DNA of 64,000 bases from positions 3,810 through 67,809 of the forward strand of contig VFLK01000009.1 in assembly GCA_009885085.1 (NCBI GenBank), in the 5' to 3' direction. Made by a program: the position numbers and the translations under genes. Numbering within the stretch: position 1 is the first letter of the stretch; each line of letters begins with the position of its first letter. The notes below the pieces were generated by a model. It was given only the letters and a program-made list of their open reading frames with translations, was not told the DNA's origin and searched no databases. Positions 39,730-49,054 of the stretch are shown here, in pieces. Source of the stretch: Minisyncoccota bacterium. Lineage in GTDB: Bacteria > Patescibacteriota > Microgenomatia > UBA1400 > PJMF01.

Positions 39730-40161
39730 ATGAATCTTAAAGATCAGCTTGTCGAGGACATGAAGCAAGCAATGAGAGGTAAAGATACTGTTAAACTTGG
39801 AGTAATAAGATTCTTGCGTTCAGAAATCAAAAACTTTGAAATTGATAATGGAGAACAGGATGACAAAGGAGTAGTTAAAATTATAGCTTCTCAGACCAAA
39901 AAAATTAAGGATGCGCTGACGGATTTTAGAGCCGCAGGCAGAGCAGATTTGGTTTCTGAAGAAGAAGCAAAAGTTGCTATTCTAGAGTCATACTTGCCTC
40001 AGCAAATGAGCGATGATGACCTTAGAGCCTTAGTTTTAAAAATTGTTGATGATACTGATGACAAGAATATGGGCAAACTGATCGGAGCTGTAGTTAAAGC
40101 AGTGGATGGTAAGGCCGATGGCGGCAGAGTTTCTGCTATGGTCAAAGAGAAATTACAGTAA
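39730..40161 (+). CDS. GatB/YqeY domain protein
   Basis: DMKQAMR...YLPQQMS...MGKLIG...GKADG. Confidence 0.9.
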   Translation: MNLKDQLVEDMKQAMRGKDTVKLGVIRFLRSEIKNFEIDNGEQDDKGVVKIIASQTKKIKDALTDFRAAGRADLVSEEEAKVAILESYLPQQMSDDDLRALVLKIVDDTDDKNMGKLIGAVVKAVDGKADGGRVSAMVKEKLQ

Positions 40162-40184
40162 CACCAGTCTAATTCAAGTTTACT

Positions 40185-40829
40185 ATGAGAACTAAAACTA
40201 TAGGCGAAGCTCTAAAAGAAGAAAGGGTTAGTCATCGCCTTAGGATTGAGGATCTCTCCAAAAAAACTAGAATCAGGATCAACTATTTAGAAGCTCTCGA
40301 AGAAAATCGGTTTTCTGAATTACCCTCGACAACATTTGTTAAGGGTTACATCAAAACATACGCAAAGATTTTTGGATTTGATTACAAGCCTTTGATTGCA
40401 ATGCTTAGGCGTGATTATAAAGAAAGTGCTAAAGGCAGGCTGGTTCCTAGAGAGTTCATAAAACCTATTTTTAAAAGAAGATCGTCGAGTACATCTATTA
40501 CTTTGGTCGTAGTTATCTTGATTAGTGTTTTTTCAAGTCTAGTTGGTTACATTGGTTTTCAATGGCACAGCTTAAATAAGCCGCCAGAACTAACAGTCTC
40601 AAAACCAGGAGAGCAAGATATGGTTTCGTCTAAGGTTCTTGTTGAGGGAAAGACAGTTCCAGATGCAATTCTAGTTGTAAATGAGCAGCCTGTATCACTT
40701 CAACCTTCAGGAGAGTTCAAAACAGAAATCTTAATTCCAAATGAAGGAATTGCAATAATTACTATTGAGGCAAAGGATAGAAGAGGGAAAAGTAATGTTA
40801 TTCAACGCTCTGTAAATGTACAGTTTTAG
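40185..40829 (+). CDS. RodZ-like HTH protein with TM and Ig-like C-terminal domain
   Basis: IGEALKEER...TRIRINYLEALEE...FVKGYIKTYA. Confidence 0.8.
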   Translation: MRTKTIGEALKEERVSHRLRIEDLSKKTRIRINYLEALEENRFSELPSTTFVKGYIKTYAKIFGFDYKPLIAMLRRDYKESAKGRLVPREFIKPIFKRRSSSTSITLVVVILISVFSSLVGYIGFQWHSLNKPPELTVSKPGEQDMVSSKVLVEGKTVPDAILVVNEQPVSLQPSGEFKTEILIPNEGIAIITIEAKDRRGKSNVIQRSVNVQF

Positions 40830-40886
40830 AGCAAACATCAAGAGAATGCTGTATGATTAAGATAGTTAAAGTAAAAAAAGGATAAT

Positions 40887-41165
40887 ATGGATATTTTACC
40901 AGTTGTTTTCGCAGTAGTATTGGTCGTTCTCACAATCGTGTTAAGCGTTGTTGGAGTTCAAGTCATAATGGTTCTGATCGAAATTAAAAGAACACTCAGA
41001 AAAGTCAATGATACTCTTGATGTTGTTGAAGATAAAATGCATGCAATTACTAGCCCATTTCAAAATCTTGGCGGTGCTCTTTCTGGAATTAAAACAGGGA
41101 TGCAATTTTTCGAGGCTTTCACAGTTTGGTTAGGCAATAAGGGCAAAAAAAAGGATGAAGAGTAG
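40887..41165 (+). CDS. Hypothetical membrane protein (DUF948-like)
   Basis: N-terminal TM followed by coiled coil. Confidence 0.6.
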   Translation: MDILPVVFAVVLVVLTIVLSVVGVQVIMVLIEIKRTLRKVNDTLDVVEDKMHAITSPFQNLGGALSGIKTGMQFFEAFTVWLGNKGKKKDEE

Positions 41166-41184
41166 TCCAAAGGGGATTGAGCGA

Positions 41185-41544
41185 ATGAATGATAGCGAAC
41201 ATAACAATTTCTCACTAGGATTTGTTGTTGGAGCTCTTGTTGGGGTGGCTGGATATTTTTTTACAAGAACTGAAGAAGGAAAAGAAATAAAGAAAAAAGT
41301 TGTTAATGAGTGGGGCACGATTAGAAAAAAACTGGAGGATGAGGGAGTGATTCCAGATGGTGGTAAAGACTTTTCAGATATTATCGTCAGTGTAAGAACC
41401 AAAATATACGATTTTCTAGGTGAAGAAGTTTTGAAGAAAAAAAGGAAGCCTGGAAGAAAAAGTTCAAAAACAAATTCAAATTCAAGTGAAGTTTCTATGG
41501 AATCTTCAACTAAAAAAAGAAAGCGAATGTTTAAGGGAATTTAA
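41185..41544 (+). CDS. YtxH-like protein
   Basis: FSLGFVVGALVGVAGYFF...EEGKEIKKK. Confidence 0.65.
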   Translation: MNDSEHNNFSLGFVVGALVGVAGYFFTRTEEGKEIKKKVVNEWGTIRKKLEDEGVIPDGGKDFSDIIVSVRTKIYDFLGEEVLKKKRKPGRKSSKTNSNSSEVSMESSTKKRKRMFKGI

Positions 41545-41561
41545 TCAAATTTAGCCAAAAA

Positions 41562-41744
41562 CTATTTTCCAAGCGCCATCATGATCATTTGTTTGAAGGC
41601 ATCAAGAATGGCTTTTAGTGCTACAGCAATCCATCTAACAATGAATTTTATTGTGCCATCAGCAAGGTTAGTTGATCTTTTTTTGAACTCTGGAGAATTT
41701 ACAAAGTTTTGAAATCCTGGTGTTTGTTCATTTTGCATTTGCAT
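41562..41744 (-). CDS. Small hypothetical protein
   Basis: 60-aa ORF filling the intergenic gap; amphipathic helix. Confidence 0.5.
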   Translation of the reverse strand: MQMQNEQTPGFQNFVNSPEFKKRSTNLADGTIKFIVRWIAVALKAILDAFKQMIMMALGK

Positions 41745-41826
41745 AAGTTATTGGTAATTATAATGGGTGTTTTGTAATAAGGCAATGATTTATTATAATC
41801 TTAAGATAGATTATAATTCCACTTAT

Positions 41827-43785
41827 ATGAAACCAGATGAACTTAGAAATCTATACTTAAACTCATTCAAAAAGAATAGTCATCAAATCGTTCCATCTTC
41901 TTCGATGGTTCCTGAAAATGATCCAACTACGTTATTTACTGGATCTGGTATGCAACCAATGATGGAGTATTTACTTGGCGCAAAACATCCAAAAGGGACG
42001 AGAATTGTAGACAGTCAAAAATGTTTTAGATCTCAGGATATTGAAGAAGTTGGTGACAATAGACACACAACTTTTTTTGAAATGCTTGGGAACTGGTCTT
42101 TTGGAGATTATTTTAAAGAAGATCAGCTAAAATGGTTTTTTGAGTTTCTGACTAAAGATGTAGGACTAGATCCAAAAAAGCTTTTCATCACTGTTTTTAG
42201 AGGTAACGATAAGCTCGAGATAGGAAAAGACGTTGAATCAGTTGAAATTTGGAAGAAGATTTTTGCCACTGTTGGAATTGAAGCAAAAGATATTGATTTT
42301 TCGGAAAAAACAGGTTTGCAGAACGGCAGGATTTTTTATTATGACGAAACCAAAAACTGGTGGTCAAGAGCAGGTATTCCTGACAAGATGCCAGCCGGTG
42401 AGCCAGGCGGTCCAGACAGTGAGGTCTTCTACGATTTTGGAGCTGACAAAAAAATACACGAAAATTCTCAATTTAAAGATCAAGTTTGTCATGTAAACTG
42501 CGATTGCGGTCGATTCTTGGAGATTGGCAACAATGTCTTTATGCAGTTTCAAAAACAAGCAGACGGCAGTTTCAAAGAGCTTGCCCAGAAAAATGTTGAT
42601 TTTGGCGGAGGTTTTGAAAGAATTTTAGCTGTCAAAAATAATATTGACGATGTTTTTCAAACTGCTTTATTTGAGCCAATTATTGCATTTTTGGAGAAAA
42701 TTTCAGGTAAAAAATATTTAAAAAGCGATGCAACAAGTGGCACAGGAAAAACTGGCGCCCCAGACCGTGGCCTAGCTGGTGGCGCAGATCGAGGTAGCGC
42801 ACAAGGCGGAGCTGAAAAAACCAAACATTCATTCCGAGTGATTGCCGATCATATGCGCGCTGCAGTAATGTTAGCTGCCGATGGTGTTTATCCTTCTAAC
42901 AAAGAACAAGGATATTTTGCTAGAAGATTGGTTAGAAGATCGATTAGATATGCAAAAATGATCGGTATAGACCAGCTTTTTGTTGCCGATTTAGTTCCAG
43001 TAATTGTTGAAATCTACAGTAGCTCATATCCTGATGTGAATAAAAAGTTAGTTCAAATCCAAAATGCTTTGGCTCAAGAGGAAAATAAATTTGCAAAAAC
43101 CATAGAAAAAGGTCTTAAAGAGCTTGAAAAATATCAAGAAATGACACCGCCAGTAGCACTTGATGGCGCAATTGCTTTTAGATTGTATGAGACTCATGGT
43201 TTTCCTTTTGAGCTTACTCAAGAAATTGCTCAAGAAAAAGGTCAGAAAATAAGCCTGGAGGAATTTGAAAAAGCTAAGAAAAATCATGCAGACAAGTCTA
43301 GAGATGCCTCATCTGATAAGTTTAAAGGTGGTTTGCAAGATAGTAGCGTTCAAACCACAAAATATCATACGGCCACTCATTTGCTTCATGCAGCATTACG
43401 AAAAATGTTAGGAAAGCATGTTCAGCAAAAAGGTTCGAATATAACTGTAGATAGATTGAGATTTGATTTTTCACATCCTGAAGCACTTACTCAGGATGAA
43501 AAAATTCGTGTTCAAGATCAAATTAACGAATGGATAGATGCTGCTCTACCCGTTAAGGTCGAACATTTAAAGAAAAGTGATGCTTTGGAATCTGGAGCAA
43601 TTGCATTTTTTATTGAAAAATATCCTGATGAAGTTACGGTTTACACAATTGGAAATGGCGACGAATGGATTTCAAAAGAATTTTGTGGTGGTCCTCACGT
43701 CAAAAACACGTCTGAAATTGGTAAAATCGAAATCTTCAAGGAGAAGGCAGCCTCTGCCGGAGTTCGAAGACTTTATCTCAAATAA
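41827..43785 (+). CDS. alaS: Alanine--tRNA ligase (lacks C-Ala domain)
   Basis: DPTTLFTGSGMQP, HTTFFEMLGN, ADHMRA, HTATHLLH and EFCGGPHV; ends at GVRRLYLK. Confidence 0.96.
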   Translation: MKPDELRNLYLNSFKKNSHQIVPSSSMVPENDPTTLFTGSGMQPMMEYLLGAKHPKGTRIVDSQKCFRSQDIEEVGDNRHTTFFEMLGNWSFGDYFKEDQLKWFFEFLTKDVGLDPKKLFITVFRGNDKLEIGKDVESVEIWKKIFATVGIEAKDIDFSEKTGLQNGRIFYYDETKNWWSRAGIPDKMPAGEPGGPDSEVFYDFGADKKIHENSQFKDQVCHVNCDCGRFLEIGNNVFMQFQKQADGSFKELAQKNVDFGGGFERILAVKNNIDDVFQTALFEPIIAFLEKISGKKYLKSDATSGTGKTGAPDRGLAGGADRGSAQGGAEKTKHSFRVIADHMRAAVMLAADGVYPSNKEQGYFARRLVRRSIRYAKMIGIDQLFVADLVPVIVEIYSSSYPDVNKKLVQIQNALAQEENKFAKTIEKGLKELEKYQEMTPPVALDGAIAFRLYETHGFPFELTQEIAQEKGQKISLEEFEKAKKNHADKSRDASSDKFKGGLQDSSVQTTKYHTATHLLHAALRKMLGKHVQQKGSNITVDRLRFDFSHPEALTQDEKIRVQDQINEWIDAALPVKVEHLKKSDALESGAIAFFIEKYPDEVTVYTIGNGDEWISKEFCGGPHVKNTSEIGKIEIFKEKAASAGVRRLYLK

Positions 43786-43881
43786 CAAGTTGCTCTTCTA
43801 TTTTAGTCAATAATTTGCTTTAATTAAAGACAGTAAGCTCGATTAATCGAAGAGCTGTTTTATTTTAGTGGATTTAATTAT

Positions 43882-46215
43882 ATGGACTTGCCCAACCTAT
43901 TCTCAACAAATTCAGATAAAGAAACTCAAGTGATGACTATTTTCATTCATTTGACTGATATCAAAATTCAATCATTTTTGCTTTCAATTTCAGATGAGGG
44001 CGTTAAAATTTTGGGAAAATCTAGTGTTGCTGGATATGAGGGAGTTGATAATTGTCTGGTAAGAGTTGACGAAAGTTTGCAACAGCTTGGTAAAGAATCT
44101 GAAAAAGTCAGCTCAGTCATTTTTGGTCTAAATCATGCCTGGGTCAAAAAGGGTGAGGTTAATGAGGATAAAAATCCTTTATTAAAAAAGCTCACCGATG
44201 ATTTGGGTTTAAAGCCAATGGGTTTTATTGTAATTTCTGAGGCTCTTGTTCAACAAAAAATTTCTAACAACTCGATGTTCTCTGGAATAATTGCAGTTTT
44301 TAGCGAGAAGAATTTGACACTTTCATTAGTTCATCAAGGTAAGGTTAAATCTATAGAAACCGTGGGAAGATCATCTGACGGCAAAGGTGATTTTCTTGAG
44401 GGGTTAGCACGATTTTCAGCTAAATCGGAAAAAGACGGTTATTATTTACCATCAAAAATAATTATTGCCTCTCTCGATCTTGATGAAAAAGATCTTAAGA
44501 AACATCAACAATTTATTTATGATTCTGATTGGACTGCTCAAGCTCAGTTTTTACAACCTCCAACAGTGGAAATAGTTGCTCAAAAAGATTATGAAGAAAT
44601 GATCACTAAAGAAGCCGCCAAAGCAGTTGCTTTACAAAAAGGTATGACAAAAGCCGCCTTGGCTGTAATCGCAACCAGAGATTTAGGAGCCAAAGAACCA
44701 ACAGAACTTCATACAGACGAGCTTGGATTTAGTGAAGTTAATTCAGATTTAGATTCTGAATTAGAAACAGGGGATGAAACTATTGATGATGTAGCTGTTG
44801 CCCCAACTTCATTTGGAGTACCTATTTCTACAAAAGATTTTGATAAAGAGCTTACTTCAATTAGTGACAGAAACCTAAAAGAGCCAGATTTTGAGGAAGA
44901 TAGTGAGTTGGCTGTAGATTTTTCTGGTAAAGAGGCTGAGGTTGATGATCAAGATTACGGAGAAACAAAGCATATTTTTGATAAAAATAGATCTCAGGAT
45001 GATATTGGTGGAAAAATTGTTGCATCAAATAAAACAAAAAAACATTATAAAAATTTTAAACTTTATACTTTGGTTGGGTTCATCGCTGGTTTAATTGCTT
45101 TGTTAGTTATTGGTTTTTTTGGAATTACCAACTTAGCAGTTGCAAAGGTTAATGTAGGTCTAGAACCAATTTCAATTTCCAAAGATTTAACAATTACTTT
45201 GGATACCTCAATTTCAGAAACCGATAGCGAAAAACTAATTTTGGCTGCAAATAAGGTTTCTAGGACGGCAAAGTCTGAGAGTAGTATGCAAACTACAGGA
45301 GTGACAATCGTTGGCGAGAAAGCTAAGGGAAAAATAAAAATCTATAACAATTTAGTAGCAGCTGAAAAACTATTAACTAAGGGCACATTGTTAAGTGCGG
45401 GAGATGTAAAATTTGAACTCGATGATGACGTCACTGTTCCATCAGCAAGTTCTTCTAGGCCTGGACAGTTAGAACCAGGACAGATTGATGCCTCGGTGAC
45501 AGCAACAAAAATAGGAGCTGAAGGAAATATTGTAGAAGATACTGAGTTAGTAGTTTTGCCTTTTGATAAAAGCTCATACTACGCAGTCGTGATTGATGAT
45601 GACTTTGTTGGTGGTTCAAGCCGTGAAGTAAAGGTCGTTTCTGAGGCAGATAGAGTTGAGTTACTTGCCGATTTGAGGAAGGAGATTATTGAAGAAATTA
45701 ATAAAGGGTTCCAGGATGATTCTGGAAATGGTGTATATATTTTGCCATCTAAAAAAATTGTAGCTGAGGAAGTTAAATTTAATTTTGAAGTTGGGAATGA
45801 AGCAGAATCTTTATCACTTAATTTAACTTTAGAAATTGAAGCAATCAAGTATACCTCAGAAGATTTAAAACCACTGGCAACTAAAGTTTTAGCTTCAGAA
45901 ATACCTGAAAATTATAAGTTATCTGACGATGATCCTCAAATATTGTCTGCTCCAACCGAAAATGACCTAAAAACATTGGATACTACTAAGCCAGTAACTT
46001 TGTCTGCAAATATTAGTTCTTTTGCAATACCAGTAATTACAGAAGAGACAATCAAAGATCAAATTTTAGGAAAATCTGTTGAAGAAGCCAAATCATTACT
46101 TGAGGCAAAGGACGAAATCAAAACTGTAGAAATTACAATCGATCCTTCATTCGCTAGGTCTCTAGTTAAAAAAATACCTGGAAAATTGGAAAAAATAAAG
46201 GTCGAGTTTAAATGA
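43882..46215 (+). CDS. Bitopic membrane protein with baseplate-J/gp47-like extracellular region
   Basis: Cytoplasmic N domain, acidic linker, one TM, then GEKAKGKIKIYN...LTKGT...VTATKIGAEGNI...FVGGS pattern. Confidence 0.6.
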   Translation: MDLPNLFSTNSDKETQVMTIFIHLTDIKIQSFLLSISDEGVKILGKSSVAGYEGVDNCLVRVDESLQQLGKESEKVSSVIFGLNHAWVKKGEVNEDKNPLLKKLTDDLGLKPMGFIVISEALVQQKISNNSMFSGIIAVFSEKNLTLSLVHQGKVKSIETVGRSSDGKGDFLEGLARFSAKSEKDGYYLPSKIIIASLDLDEKDLKKHQQFIYDSDWTAQAQFLQPPTVEIVAQKDYEEMITKEAAKAVALQKGMTKAALAVIATRDLGAKEPTELHTDELGFSEVNSDLDSELETGDETIDDVAVAPTSFGVPISTKDFDKELTSISDRNLKEPDFEEDSELAVDFSGKEAEVDDQDYGETKHIFDKNRSQDDIGGKIVASNKTKKHYKNFKLYTLVGFIAGLIALLVIGFFGITNLAVAKVNVGLEPISISKDLTITLDTSISETDSEKLILAANKVSRTAKSESSMQTTGVTIVGEKAKGKIKIYNNLVAAEKLLTKGTLLSAGDVKFELDDDVTVPSASSSRPGQLEPGQIDASVTATKIGAEGNIVEDTELVVLPFDKSSYYAVVIDDDFVGGSSREVKVVSEADRVELLADLRKEIIEEINKGFQDDSGNGVYILPSKKIVAEEVKFNFEVGNEAESLSLNLTLEIEAIKYTSEDLKPLATKVLASEIPENYKLSDDDPQILSAPTENDLKTLDTTKPVTLSANISSFAIPVITEETIKDQILGKSVEEAKSLLEAKDEIKTVEITIDPSFARSLVKKIPGKLEKIKVEFK

Positions 46216-47153
46216 AAACGCAACCAAAGACCGTTGTAATGCAGAACGACATAATAGATCTTTATAGAAACGCTTTACGACAAGGAATTGAAATATCTCA
46301 AGTAGAAAAGAAAATTAACCATCATCTTAAGAGGTTGAGTGCAAGTGATAGTATCGAAAATCAAGAGGATGAGTTGAGGTCTGAAAACGAAATAAAACGA
46401 TTACCAAAAATTGTGAGAGTGGGTGCAATGTTGTTGCCAATTTTATTTTTGATAATTGGTTTTTATTTGGTAGGTAGCGCTGTGGTCCCGATTATTGGAT
46501 CATATATGATTGTTGCTAAAGATGTTCAGACTACTAATCTTACTTCTCCAGTGCCTCTAGATCAGGTAATGGATGTTACTCCTCTAGTAATCACGCAAAC
46601 TAACACCCCAGAAAAAGTTGATAGAGACCTGGAAATTATCAACGAAGAATTAGATTATACAAATCTGTCCAATTGGTTTAGTTCGTCAACACTGCCAGAA
46701 TTTGGTTTGCCAGAGCTAGACTACAACATCACTAAATATATGATTGATATTCCTAAACTAAAAATCAGTAACGCTATTGTTAGTGTTGGTGGTAATGATC
46801 TTAAGGAAAATCTCATTGCTTTTAAGGGCACTGCTTTACCTGGGAGTCCTGGTTCTCCAGTAATTTTTGGTCATTCGGTTCTTAGACAATTTTATAATCC
46901 GAGTGAGAAAAATCCTCGAAGATATAACTCTATTTTTAGCACTATCATGACCTTGGAAACTGGTGATAAAATATTTGTCACATCTGGGGGAGTGAAGTAT
47001 ACATACGCTGTTTCACTAAAGAAGGAAGTTAAACCTGAGGATGTGTACATTTTGACCCAGAAATATGATGCCAAGCAACTTAAATTAGTTACATGCACAC
47101 CTGAAGGAACTTATTTACGTCGTGGAGTTGTGACGGCTCAACTGATAGAATAA
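46212..47153 (+). CDS. Sortase family protein
   Basis: TM, IDIPKL, VIFGH (His), LKLVTC (Cys) and downstream Arg. Confidence 0.88.
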   Translation: MKTQPKTVVMQNDIIDLYRNALRQGIEISQVEKKINHHLKRLSASDSIENQEDELRSENEIKRLPKIVRVGAMLLPILFLIIGFYLVGSAVVPIIGSYMIVAKDVQTTNLTSPVPLDQVMDVTPLVITQTNTPEKVDRDLEIINEELDYTNLSNWFSSSTLPEFGLPELDYNITKYMIDIPKLKISNAIVSVGGNDLKENLIAFKGTALPGSPGSPVIFGHSVLRQFYNPSEKNPRRYNSIFSTIMTLETGDKIFVTSGGVKYTYAVSLKKEVKPEDVYILTQKYDAKQLKLVTCTPEGTYLRRGVVTAQLIE

Positions 47154-47163
47154 GGGAGGTTTC

Positions 47164-47449
47164 TTAAATTAAACATATAAATCTTTCACATTTGGACAAG
47201 CCAAAAGCGCTCAAGATTTACATGTTTAATTTAAATTTTTTTGTAAGAACTAAATGTAAAAGTTTTAGGTGGGACAAGCCCAAAAGGTTCGAAGTTTATA
47301 CTATATTTTTAAATTATTAAATTTAAAAAGCCAAAAATTGTTCGTAGTTCAAATATCTATTTTTTTGAAATTAACTAAGAATAAAATATTAGAACAGCGA
47401 ACATTCAGGACTTGTTCCTGCGAGAGCTGGTAAAATATTTTATACTTAG
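47164..47449. repeat. Cluster of related stem-loops with ACAAG loops
   Basis: 22-bp inverted repeat 47164-85/47213-34 and 16-bp inverted repeat 47375-90/47434-49; inner hairpins TTTGG-ACAAG-CCAAA, TGGG-ACAAG-CCCA and CAGGA-ACAAG-TCCTG (minus strand). Confidence 0.7.
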
Positions 47450-47474
47450 AAACTTTTGAGAAATTTAGAAAATT

Positions 47475-47882
47475 ATGAACAACCCGGAAGATTCAATATT
47501 AGCAATTGATTTTGGAACTGTGAGAATTGGTTTGGCAATTTCAAGGTTTATTTTGGCAGAACCATTGGAGATAATTCCCAATGATGACTCAAAATTTTTG
47601 AAAATTAGAGAAATTTGCGAAACGAATAATATTAAAAAAATCATTGTTGGTGTGTCAGAAAATGAAATGGCAAGGATGACTAAAGTTTTTGCAATTGAGC
47701 TCGAGGCAGAAATTAAATCTAAATGGGAATATAAGCCAGAATTAGAGTACATGGATGAAACTTTAAGTTCTCACACTGTTCATGAAAGATTAAAGTCAGC
47801 TAAAAAATCTAAAAGAAATTCGAACATTGATCATTATGCTGCAGCAGTTATTTTGCAAGATTGGTTGGACGAGAACTATTAA
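47475..47882 (+). CDS. ruvX: RuvX/YqgF nuclease
   Basis: ILAIDFGTVRIGLAIS, DETLSS and IDHYAAAVILQ. Confidence 0.92.
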   Translation: MNNPEDSILAIDFGTVRIGLAISRFILAEPLEIIPNDDSKFLKIREICETNNIKKIIVGVSENEMARMTKVFAIELEAEIKSKWEYKPELEYMDETLSSHTVHERLKSAKKSKRNSNIDHYAAAVILQDWLDENY

Positions 47883-48018
47883 GTGTACATTTAATTTATC
47901 AAACTCGATTTCGCAGATTTAAAAAAAATTACTTGTACTCTTTAGAGTATAAATCTTCGCTTCATTAGGCTTAAAAAATAAAATGTATATCTAAAAATAT
48001 TAAAATTTTAAAGGAAAT

Positions 48019-49011
48019 ATGGCCAAAAAAATGTCTAAAAAAAGCACTATTTTAATTGCAGCTATTTCACTTATTGCCGTAATGGTCATTTTAGTAATGC
48101 TCTACTTGAATTCATTACTGAAGCCTCTTGACGTAAATTCTACTCAACCAAGCAGATTTGTTGTTCCAAAAGGCCAAGCAATTTCAATTATTGGCAAGAG
48201 ATTGCAAGAAGAAAAACTTATAAAAAATTCATATGCATTCAGATTTATTGTTGCTAAAGATAAGTTAGAGAACAAAATTCAAGCAGGTTCATTCGATCTT
48301 TCAGCTAGTATGAGTGTTGGTGAAATTGCCAATCATTTAACAACTGGTACCGAAGATGTTTGGATTACATTATTAGAGGGATGGAGAATCGAGGAAATTG
48401 CAGAAAATTTAGAAAAGCAGGATCTAGACAATTTTGATAAAGAAGAGTTTGTTGGTTTGGCAAGTTCTAGTGAAGGCATGCTTTACCCAGATACTTATTT
48501 AATTCCTCGAGAAATGTCCAGCGAGCAAATCTATAATTTGTTGTTGAATACCTTTGATTTGAAAGTTGTTCAGGGATTATCGGAAGAGATTAAGGCTTCA
48601 GGTAGAGATTTTGATCAAGCTCTGATTATGGCTTCGCTAGTTGAAAGAGAGGCAAATAACTATGAGCAAATGAGGAGAGTAGCTGGAATCTTATGGAATA
48701 GAATCGATATAGGCATGGCGCTTCAGGTTGATGCAACCTTACAATATGTTAATGGTTATAATTCTGTTCAAAAAAAATGGTGGGCTGTTCCAACTGCTGA
48801 AGATAAAAGGCTAAAATCGCCATTTAATACATATTTAAATACCGATTTACCTCCAAGACCGATCTCAAATCCTGGAATCAACGCAATCAAAGCCGCATTA
48901 ATTCCTTTAGAATCTGATGATTTTTTCTACATTCACTCAGATGATGGTACGATGTACTATGCCTCAACTTTAGAAGGTCATAACGCAAATGTAAACGAAT
49001 ACTTGCGCTAG
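48019..49011 (+). CDS. mltG: Endolytic transglycosylase MltG
   Basis: EGMLYPDTY, MASLVERE, LQVDAT, SPFNTY and PISNPG. Confidence 0.93.
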   Translation: MAKKMSKKSTILIAAISLIAVMVILVMLYLNSLLKPLDVNSTQPSRFVVPKGQAISIIGKRLQEEKLIKNSYAFRFIVAKDKLENKIQAGSFDLSASMSVGEIANHLTTGTEDVWITLLEGWRIEEIAENLEKQDLDNFDKEEFVGLASSSEGMLYPDTYLIPREMSSEQIYNLLLNTFDLKVVQGLSEEIKASGRDFDQALIMASLVEREANNYEQMRRVAGILWNRIDIGMALQVDATLQYVNGYNSVQKKWWAVPTAEDKRLKSPFNTYLNTDLPPRPISNPGINAIKAALIPLESDDFFYIHSDDGTMYYASTLEGHNANVNEYLR

Positions 49012-49031
49012 AGTAAAATACTTGTTATAAT
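49003..49031 (+). promoter_or_regulatory. rpoBC promoter TTGCGC-17bp-TATAAT (extended TG)
   Basis: -35 at 49003-49008, TG at 49023-24 and -10 at 49026-49031. Confidence 0.6.
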
Positions 49032-49054
49032 ACTCAATTCAGTGTACTAAATAA

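Noticed and set aside
43882-46215. Prophage or contractile injection system
   Set aside because: No other tail, capsid, terminase or integrase genes are present. The protein is membrane-anchored and sits among housekeeping genes.
47164-47449. CRISPR or TIGR-type guide array, or tRNA (GTTCGA at 47287)
   Set aside because: There is no fixed-length repeat-spacer periodicity, orientation is mixed, no Cas or Nop-domain gene is nearby, and no cloverleaf forms around GTTCGA.
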